From the NCBI GenBank assembly GCA_045634445.1, contig JAZRAG010000078.1:36-64035 (forward strand): DNA of 64,000 nucleotides, given 5' to 3'. This stretch comes from Candidatus Spyradenecus sp. Its GTDB lineage: Bacteria > Verrucomicrobiota > Kiritimatiellia > RFP12 > DVOR01. The notes below the pieces were generated by a model. The model had not been told where the DNA came from. It made no database searches and worked only from the letters and a program-made list of their open reading frames with translations. This document shows, piece after piece, positions 57,611 through 64,000 of the stretch (positions are counted from its first letter, which is position 1; each line of letters begins with the position of its first letter). Position numbers and translations under genes: made by a program.

Positions 57611-58768
57611 ATGAAAAAAGTACTCGTTTGCGTTTTACTCCTAAGCGTTGGCGCGCTTCACGCGAAGGCGCTTTTGCGCGAAACTTCTCCGCTTCAAAAT
57701 CGCGTCCAAGCTGTTCCTGATAAGGAGCTCGTTTTCGCGCGTGGCGCTGAGGGCACCGTCTCCGCTTATATCGGGCTCGACGGTGGCACAGCCCAGGTGA
57801 TTGACCCTTCTGCCATTCGCGTGACGCGTACAACGCCCTTTGATGTTGCAGAAATCTTCGTGGATGATATCGATGCAACAGCGATAGTCGAGGTCGCGGG
57901 CAAGGGTATCGCTTACAAGGGACCGCTCACCATCACCAATATCCACAAAGAGGCCATCGGTCGCATTGAGTCTGAACAGTACCAACTCGGTGGCGCTTCG
58001 GTGCCCGCGACGAATGAGATGTCGGTCTCCATTAATGGGTTCACGGCGACCGTCAATATCACCGGTGCTGGTCCTGGTCTCTTTCTCAAGGTCTATCCCG
58101 CTGCGCCCGACACCTCTGTGGATCTGACGCAGAATGACGTCGTGCTGACGGACTCTGTCGGTCAGGTGCGCTTTTCGCAGCTGCGTCAAAACATGATCGA
58201 ACGCACCAACGGCAATCTCGGTCAAGACTGGGCGAAATTTCCTGCTACTTCATCCGTAGACCTTGCGGATAATATCCTTCTTTTTGGCCGCGATTCCGGC
58301 TCTGCATTGCAAGGCAGTGCAGGCCAGATTGCAATCTATGCGGGCGCGCAACCTGCTATCGTAGCCGAAACTAAAGGCGATGGAGGCGGTGCAACGTCTG
58401 GTACAATTCTCGTAAACGATTTATCCCTTGGGCCTGATACGGTCACGCTCTCTGTCGTGGCTGCCGGCATTCCTGTGGAGGCGCTCACGCTTCAGTATTC
58501 TCCCACGCTCACAGACGCTACGTGGCTGGCTGTCGCAGGGACGAATATCACCGCCAATGCTGACGGCTCCCTTACAGTCACCGCGCCGCGCTCAACGTCT
58601 AATAAGGCGGGTTTTTGGCGCTTGATTGCGGATGATACCGTTTCCACCGTTGTGACGGTCAACGGCGACCTGAGCGTCCTCGGTGGTATCATCATGCAGT
58701 CGCCCAATGGCACGAAATGGCGCATCACCGTCACCGATGACGGTACGCTTTCCGTCACGGGAGTCTAA
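57611..58768 (+). CDS. Signal-peptide-bearing beta-rich tail-module protein
   Basis: MKKVLVCVLLLSVGALHA; C-terminal SPNGTKWRITVTDDGTL motif. Confidence 0.7.
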   Translation: MKKVLVCVLLLSVGALHAKALLRETSPLQNRVQAVPDKELVFARGAEGTVSAYIGLDGGTAQVIDPSAIRVTRTTPFDVAEIFVDDIDATAIVEVAGKGIAYKGPLTITNIHKEAIGRIESEQYQLGGASVPATNEMSVSINGFTATVNITGAGPGLFLKVYPAAPDTSVDLTQNDVVLTDSVGQVRFSQLRQNMIERTNGNLGQDWAKFPATSSVDLADNILLFGRDSGSALQGSAGQIAIYAGAQPAIVAETKGDGGGATSGTILVNDLSLGPDTVTLSVVAAGIPVEALTLQYSPTLTDATWLAVAGTNITANADGSLTVTAPRSTSNKAGFWRLIADDTVSTVVTVNGDLSVLGGIIMQSPNGTKWRITVTDDGTLSVTGV

Positions 58769-58770
58769 CG

Positions 58771-59154
58771 ATGTCAATGCCTGATAATTACGAGACGCTC
58801 TGCCGCCGCTTGGCAAACATTTGCAATGCGCCCGTGTATGTGCTCAAGCGTGAATTTGCGCGCGAGGCAAACAAGCGCCACGTGCGCCCAATTCTCGTTG
58901 CACGTGAGCGTCTCCATTGCCTCGCGCGCTGGTCTTTCCAACGCATCACCAATGCCGTCTGCCGTGACGGTGGCACGCTTCGCCACCTGCCGCACGAGGC
59001 CGTCGTACCCCTTGCGCGCGCCATGAAAAAGGCTGCGCTCCGTGGCGGCGATGTGCAGCAGTATTATAGAGAGTACTGCGAAGAGGCTCAGTTGGAATAC
59101 GGGCTGAGGCTCGATCAAGAGGAAGGAGTTGTCAATGGCGCTTCTAACATCTAA
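58771..59154 (+). CDS. Phage hypothetical protein
   Basis: Operon context. Confidence 0.55.
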   Translation: MSMPDNYETLCRRLANICNAPVYVLKREFAREANKRHVRPILVARERLHCLARWSFQRITNAVCRDGGTLRHLPHEAVVPLARAMKKAALRGGDVQQYYREYCEEAQLEYGLRLDQEEGVVNGASNI

Positions 59155-59848
59155 AGCAACCGCGCATCAAATCCTCTCGCTCCTTCAAAAGGGTACGCGC
59201 ATCCCTTCTCGTCAGGCTTTCACGCCTCAAACGAGCGCAAACTCAAAACTGCATCCGTGGAAGGTCCGCTATTCAACGTTGCGCAAGGCGTATATCGTCT
59301 ATATTCCAGCGGGCGCGGTCGCGGGCGTAGATTTGAATCTGACGGAACTCACAAAGGATACGACGCTCACCGATTGGTACGTTGTTGACGTCTCCGCTCT
59401 TGAAGATCCAACAAAACTCGTGCTTTATCTTTACGGCGATAAAGTGTCCTTCACCGCGCCTGACCCGCATGAAGCTGACGCGGAAAAGCCGTCCTTCACG
59501 TGCCTCATTGCGGAGATTACCGATATCTCTGGAACGCCGCCCGGTAAGATCGTGGTAAAGCAGATTGTGACGTCTACAATCTCGCTCGGCGGTGGGAGCG
59601 TTGCCTTCTACGCCCCAGGGCCGCTAAAGGTGGAAACCGTTGACGGTAGCACGTACATCGTCCAACGCTGGACGCTCGTCAATGGCACTACCATCACAGA
59701 AGTGGACGACCAGGGAATTCCTGACGACGACCGCACACCGCGCTTCCCCGCGGGTCTCAATGCGGACAAGGTCTACGCCGCCAAATTCCCGCTCGTGCCG
59801 CACGTGAACGACCACGCAGATGGTGTGGTCGTGGAAAAGGACGCTTAA
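59129..59848 (+). CDS. Phage tail-module hypothetical protein
   Basis: LHPWKVRY motif; RBS AAGGAG. Confidence 0.55.
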   Translation: MSMALLTSKATAHQILSLLQKGTRIPSRQAFTPQTSANSKLHPWKVRYSTLRKAYIVYIPAGAVAGVDLNLTELTKDTTLTDWYVVDVSALEDPTKLVLYLYGDKVSFTAPDPHEADAEKPSFTCLIAEITDISGTPPGKIVVKQIVTSTISLGGGSVAFYAPGPLKVETVDGSTYIVQRWTLVNGTTITEVDDQGIPDDDRTPRFPAGLNADKVYAAKFPLVPHVNDHADGVVVEKDA

Positions 59849-59851
59849 CCT

Positions 59852-60901
59852 ATGCCTCGCACCATCTTTCGTGTGCCGCCAAAAACCCCGTTGTCGCTCG
59901 TTACCGCGCAACGGGGTGACGAGCTTCGTCTGGTGTCGGGTGCAACCACCAAGCCCTCCGTCCTGCGGTCGGGCTATGTACCCTTGGCAATGGTCGTGAA
60001 CCACGACATGACGCGCGATATTGCAAATGGCAATCCCGCGAACCGCACCGACTTCTCCCAGGGAATCTTTGAGGACGAAACCTTTGAAGATTATGAAGAA
60101 ACGCGCAACACGAACGCGCCGAGATTTCTGCGTTACTTCATCGGCGTCTCTGAAGGCAACGTCATAGTGCCCGACGATGTCACCTATGGCGACAGCAAGT
60201 ATGTCGCGCTCCTGCGAGCGAACAAGGCGAAAGCCAAACAATGCCTCCTCACCGCCTTGAATGCCGCTCCAGCAACCTTTGACCCAACAGCCTATCTGTT
60301 CCAAGACGAACCCTGCGACCCCTTCGCCTATTTGCGCGAAGCATCCTTCACTCAGCCGGTCGCAACGGAGAGTGTCTCCTACAGCGACTCCGTCTCCGCA
60401 CGCCGATGGTCCGCGGAACTGTCGCACGTCATCGGCCCGATGCGCGGCATCCTCTTCCCTGGCGCAACGTCAGGCGCGTGCGTGAAAGCAACTGTGGACA
60501 TCACCGAAGCGAGCCTCCGCCTTCAGTATGATTATCAGAATACCGGCGGTGTCTCACTCGCGCCAGAATTAATCCTGTTAACTTTTGGCCATCCCTTTGA
60601 CGGCCAATGGCCACGCGCACAAATGCCAGCCACAGCCCACGCCACGCTCCCCTTGGGAACGATACCCTTCAACGGAGCAGAAGGCACCTTTGACGCAGAG
60701 CCCACCGCCATCGAAGTAGAATTCACCGTCCCCGCCTCACGCTTCATCGTGCCCATCATCAAATGGACACCAACCGTCGCCTCCATCCTCTCCTCCTACT
60801 GCCCCGAAATCACCGGCCCCGACGGCGTCCCCTACAACGCATACCTCAGTCTCACCAGCGAAGCCACCATCACCCTCTCCGACACCGATATCAGAAAATA
60901 A
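59852..60901 (+). CDS. Phage hypothetical protein (last gene of late operon)
   Basis: 349-aa ORF 3 bp after the preceding stop. Confidence 0.6.
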   Translation: MPRTIFRVPPKTPLSLVTAQRGDELRLVSGATTKPSVLRSGYVPLAMVVNHDMTRDIANGNPANRTDFSQGIFEDETFEDYEETRNTNAPRFLRYFIGVSEGNVIVPDDVTYGDSKYVALLRANKAKAKQCLLTALNAAPATFDPTAYLFQDEPCDPFAYLREASFTQPVATESVSYSDSVSARRWSAELSHVIGPMRGILFPGATSGACVKATVDITEASLRLQYDYQNTGGVSLAPELILLTFGHPFDGQWPRAQMPATAHATLPLGTIPFNGAEGTFDAEPTAIEVEFTVPASRFIVPIIKWTPTVASILSSYCPEITGPDGVPYNAYLSLTSEATITLSDTDIRK

Positions 60902-60998
60902 GAAGCCCAGCGCCTTACGCAACGCTGGGCAGTGCGGAAAAACCGAATCGCACAATCAAAAAAATAGCATAAAAAAATAAAAAAGTCAAAAATAGTGC

Positions 60999-61027
60999 TT
61001 GCGTATGCTTAATATAAATGCTATAAT
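60999..61027 (+). promoter_or_regulatory. Sigma70 promoter for the right-end operon
   Basis: TTGCGT-17 bp-TATAAT with extended TG. Confidence 0.75.
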
Positions 61028-61087
61028 ATGGGCAGTTTTTGAGAGGTTGTTCGAAATTCGCGAACACTCAAAAATGAGGAAAAACCG

Positions 61088-61246
61088 ATGAACCTCAAGG
61101 ATAAAAAGGCGCAGATGAACGAATCTTACGCAATCGTCATCCGTCAGCTCACGATTCTTGCGTTTCTCTGCACGGATGAACCTGAAAGCGCAGAAGATAA
61201 GCAACTCCTGCGAAAGGTTATCCGAGCACTGAATGCTCTAAAGTGA
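61088..61246 (+). CDS. Small hypothetical protein (52 aa)
   Basis: Manual translation MNLKDKKAQMNESYAIVIRQLTILAFLCTDEPESAEDKQLLRKVIRALNALK; GAGGA RBS. Confidence 0.65.
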   Translation: MNLKDKKAQMNESYAIVIRQLTILAFLCTDEPESAEDKQLLRKVIRALNALK

Positions 61247-61303
61247 GAAAAAACACACGCGCCTTCGGGCGCGGGCCTTCCCAAAGGTTCAAAAGGAGGT
61301 CTT

Positions 61304-61612
61304 ATGGATACAAAGACACGCGCACAAATTGCTGCTGCTGCAAGGTGGGGCAATCGCACCACAAAAAACAAAGATGTGATTTACGTCACGGAAAAACTTG
61401 CAAAGGCTCTCAAGGCTGGCGCAAAAGAACGCAAACAAGCGATCGGCGACCTTTTAGAGGAAATGCTTGAATCGGCCAACATCCTTGCAAACATGGCTGA
61501 CAAACTGGGCCCAGAAGATGCCGTCACGGCGGAAATGTTGAGAGAGACGAAACGCAACGCCGAAAAGTTCAAAACAATTGCAGACGCCTGTTTCACCGTC
61601 CCCGCCGAATAA
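61304..61612 (+). CDS. Possible RHH-like DNA-binding protein
   Basis: AAGGAGG RBS; KDVIYVTEKLAKALKAGAKERKQAIGDLLEEML. Confidence 0.6.
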   Translation: MDTKTRAQIAAAARWGNRTTKNKDVIYVTEKLAKALKAGAKERKQAIGDLLEEMLESANILANMADKLGPEDAVTAEMLRETKRNAEKFKTIADACFTVPAE

Positions 61613-61614
61613 CC

Positions 61615-61648
61615 AAAAAAAGCGACCGAAAACCTCGGCCGCTTTTTT
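61615..61648. terminator. Bidirectional intrinsic terminator
   Basis: AAAAAAGCGACCGA-AAACC-TCGGCCGCTTTTTT. Confidence 0.8.
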
Positions 61649-61736
61649 CATGCACACTCCAAAAGTGCTACAATCTTCCCCATGATATTTACCGCTGCCT
61701 CCACATCCTCCAAAGTTAGACCTTTGGCCACATTGG

Positions 61737-61745
61737 TCCACCATA
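61737..61745 (+). other. attR core TCCACCATA
   Basis: Identical to 30194..30202; followed by a hairpin that would be the native tRNA terminator. Confidence 0.85.
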
Positions 61746-61746
61746 T

Positions 61747-61791
61747 GAAAAAAGACGTCAAGACCGAGTTCACTAGGTTTTGGCGTTTTTT
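61747..61791 (+). terminator. Displaced native terminator of tRNA-Ala
   Basis: AAAAAAGACGTCAAGACC...GGTTTTGGCGTTTTTT. Confidence 0.65.
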
Positions 61792-61881
61792 CGTTTTTAA
61801 ATTTCCAATTTCTCATAGGCTCACTTGCGAAACTCTCCCGTGATGTGACTTGAAAATAACGAATAAGCGAATCTCTAAAAC

Positions 61882-61914
61882 AAAAAAGCACCGTCCTTTC
61901 GGGCGGTCCTTTTT
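61882..61914 (-). terminator. rpsA terminator
   Basis: GGACCGCCC-GAAA-GGACGGTGC followed by a T-run on the minus strand. Confidence 0.75.
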
Positions 61915-61939
61915 GTGTGAGCCCCTGAGGAGCGAACAC

Positions 61940-63679
61940 TTAGTTCTGGCCGGGCTGCCATTCTTCGGAGGAAGCGAATGCTTCTTCGAAAGCGTTGGCG
62001 AATGCGCCGAGCTGAGAAGCTGCGCCGGTGTCGCTGTCTGCTTCAGCGGTGAGGCGAGCGACTTCGGTTTCATCCATGGTCACAGCCTTGATCGAGAGAC
62101 CGATGCGGCGTTCGTCGCGGTCAATCTTCACGATGCGAGCTTCAACTTCCTGACCCACCTTGAGAGCGTCGCGCACCTTTTCGATGTGCTGGTCAGAGAT
62201 CTGGGAGATGTGGACGAGGCCATCAACGCCGTCTTCGAGTTCGATGAATGCACCGAAGGAAGCGATCTTGGAGACCTTACCCTTAACGATCTGGCCGATC
62301 TGGTAGGTAGAAGCGATGGAGTTCCAGGGGTCAGTCTGAGCCTGCTTGAGGCCGAGGCTGATGCGCTGGTTGGCGGTGTCGATTTCGAGCACGATTGCTT
62401 CAACGGGCTGACCCTTCTGGAGCACTTCGGAAGGATGATTGATCTTACGCGTCCAAGACATGTCGGAAACGTGGATCATGCCGTCAATGCCTTCTTCCAT
62501 TTCGACGAATGCGCCGTAAGTGGTGAAGTTGCGGACCTTACCGGTGATGCGAGAGCCGACAGGATAACGATCCTGGACGGTGTCCCAAGGATTAGCTTCG
62601 GTCTGGCGGATGCCGAGAGCGATCTTCTGATTGGTGGAGTCGATGTTGAGCACCACGACGTCAACTTCGTCACCGATGTTGAGCACGTCGGAAGCGCGAG
62701 CAATGCGCTTGGTCCAGCTGAATTCAGAAACGTGGACGAGGCCTTCGATGCCGGGTTCGAGTTCAACGAACGCACCATAGGGAGCGAGGTTGACAACCTT
62801 ACCGTGCAAGCGGGAGCCGACAGGGTAACGGGTTTCGATAGCATCCCAAGGATTGGTCTGAGCCTGCTTGAGGCCGAGGGAGACGCGTTCGCGTTCCAAA
62901 TCCACATCGAGAATCATCACATCGAGTTCCTGGCCGACCTTGAGGAGTTCGGACGGGTGCTTGATGCGGCCCCAGCTCATATCGGTGATGTGCAAGAGAC
63001 CATCCATACCGTCGAGGTCGACGAATGCGCCGAAGTCGGTGATGTTCTTGACCTTACCGTGGACGATCTGGTCCTTAGCGAGGGTTTCGAGGAGCGCGTG
63101 CTTCTTTTCTGCCATCTGGCTCTCAAGGAGCTCACGACGGGAGACGATGATGTTGCGGCGTTCATCGGAAATCTTGATGATGGTGAAGTCCTGAGCTTCG
63201 TCGGAGATGTAGATGTCCAAGTCGCGGGAAGGATTCACGTCCACCTGAGAACCTGGGAGGAATGCATCCACACCGTCGACAGCGACGATCAAGCCACCGC
63301 GGACCTTGCTCTTGATTACGCCAGAAACCGTATCGCCTTCCTTGTACTTGGCGAGAATAGCTTCCCAGCGGATCTTTTCATCGGCCTGGCGCTTAGAGAC
63401 CACGACCATGCCGTTTTCACCTTCGAGGTCGATCAACAACACGTCGAATTCATCGTTGATATTGACTGCATCGATGTTGTCGAACTCATTGGCGGGCACA
63501 GAGCCAGCGGACTTACAACCGATGTCCACGAGCACTTCATTACCACGCTTGCCAGTGACCTTACCCTTGACGATGGTACCGACTGCAGGCACGCTGTTCT
63601 GCGTGTTCAATGCAGCAATCAATTCATCATAGAGACCACCGGTCTTAGCGACCGCCTTCTGAGGTTTGCGAATAGCCAT
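61940..63679 (-). CDS. rpsA: 30S ribosomal protein S1
   Basis: Six S1 repeats (FGAFVDL..DGLLHITDMSW etc.). Confidence 0.98.
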   Translation of the reverse strand: MAIRKPQKAVAKTGGLYDELIAALNTQNSVPAVGTIVKGKVTGKRGNEVLVDIGCKSAGSVPANEFDNIDAVNINDEFDVLLIDLEGENGMVVVSKRQADEKIRWEAILAKYKEGDTVSGVIKSKVRGGLIVAVDGVDAFLPGSQVDVNPSRDLDIYISDEAQDFTIIKISDERRNIIVSRRELLESQMAEKKHALLETLAKDQIVHGKVKNITDFGAFVDLDGMDGLLHITDMSWGRIKHPSELLKVGQELDVMILDVDLERERVSLGLKQAQTNPWDAIETRYPVGSRLHGKVVNLAPYGAFVELEPGIEGLVHVSEFSWTKRIARASDVLNIGDEVDVVVLNIDSTNQKIALGIRQTEANPWDTVQDRYPVGSRITGKVRNFTTYGAFVEMEEGIDGMIHVSDMSWTRKINHPSEVLQKGQPVEAIVLEIDTANQRISLGLKQAQTDPWNSIASTYQIGQIVKGKVSKIASFGAFIELEDGVDGLVHISQISDQHIEKVRDALKVGQEVEARIVKIDRDERRIGLSIKAVTMDETEVARLTAEADSDTGAASQLGAFANAFEEAFASSEEWQPGQN

Positions 63680-63809
63680 TTGGCTTTTCTTTCTGTTTAA
63701 CGGGCGCGCTCCGCTTCACCAAATCACGCATGATTACACTGGCTTAGAGGGGGTTAAAACGCCCGGTTGTTAATGACAAAACTTCTCCCACGCAGGAGAA
63801 GAAGCGCAT

Positions 63810-63839
63810 AGTATACCATTTTACGCGCGCGAAAGGCAA
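63810..63839 (-). promoter_or_regulatory. Probable rpsA promoter
   Basis: TTGCCT-18 bp-TATACT on the minus strand. Confidence 0.55.
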
Positions 63840-64000
63840 GCGAATTTGCCCAATGTTCTTGTGGCTGAAAAGTGCACAATGTATTTGCGCAGGTAAAAAG
63901 GTGAAGTCAAAGAAGATAGTTCAACAGTCAAGGAAAATGAAGGGAGACATCTCTACGCCCCCCGGGGGGCGGCGCGGAAAAATGAAAAATGTCAGTATTC

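Larger units (their letters stand above)
30194..61745. mobile_element. Lambda-like siphovirus prophage, ~31.5 kb
   Basis: Integrase, replication, terminase, portal, protease, capsid and tail modules between 9-bp direct repeats at tRNA-Ala. Confidence 0.92.

Noticed and set aside
54077-60901. Diversity-generating retroelement or invertible tail-fibre shufflon
   Set aside because: No reverse transcriptase, no TR/VR pair and no invertase or inverted crossover sites seen; the internal repeat is a coiled-coil duplication.
61850-63700. 616-aa plus-strand ORF
   Set aside because: Antisense shadow of rpsA; no independent motifs.

Overview
The window has three parts. (1) About 1-18.9 kb is an AT-rich, partly decayed defence island. 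It is bracketed by long imperfect direct repeats rich in AGTAC/GTACT motifs. It carries a ~13.6 kb minus-strand operon: HTH (nonsense codon), GHKL/MORC-histidine kinase fusion, response regulator, unknown HxH protein, N6-adenine MTase, NUDIX, two DUF262 (GmrSD-like) proteins, a frameshifted flavodoxin-ferredoxin and a frameshifted SF1 helicase. A dead IS and a truncated Z1-domain gene follow. (2) About 19.1-30.2 kb is housekeeping genes (mutY, nitroreductase, pheS, radical SAM, HAD, hydrolase, yggS, thioesterase, topA, sugar ABC ATPase, pyrE) and tRNA-Ala(CGC). (3) 30194-61745 is an apparently complete ~31.5 kb lambda-like siphovirus prophage inserted at the tRNA 3' end (9-bp core TCCACCATA) by a large serine recombinase, followed by rpsA. 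Strongest leads: the attachment site lies inside the integrase gene, so integration swaps its C-terminus; two tail-module proteins have Sec-type signal peptides and one ends in a trypsin-like protease domain, while no endolysin is recognisable; the island has a two-component-signalling/MTase/GmrSD-like operon; and GTAC-motif repeats may be a cassette recombination system. All family calls come from motif recognition by eye, and no database searches were run. A PVC-superphylum host (Kiritimatiellota/Lentisphaerota-like) is only an impression.
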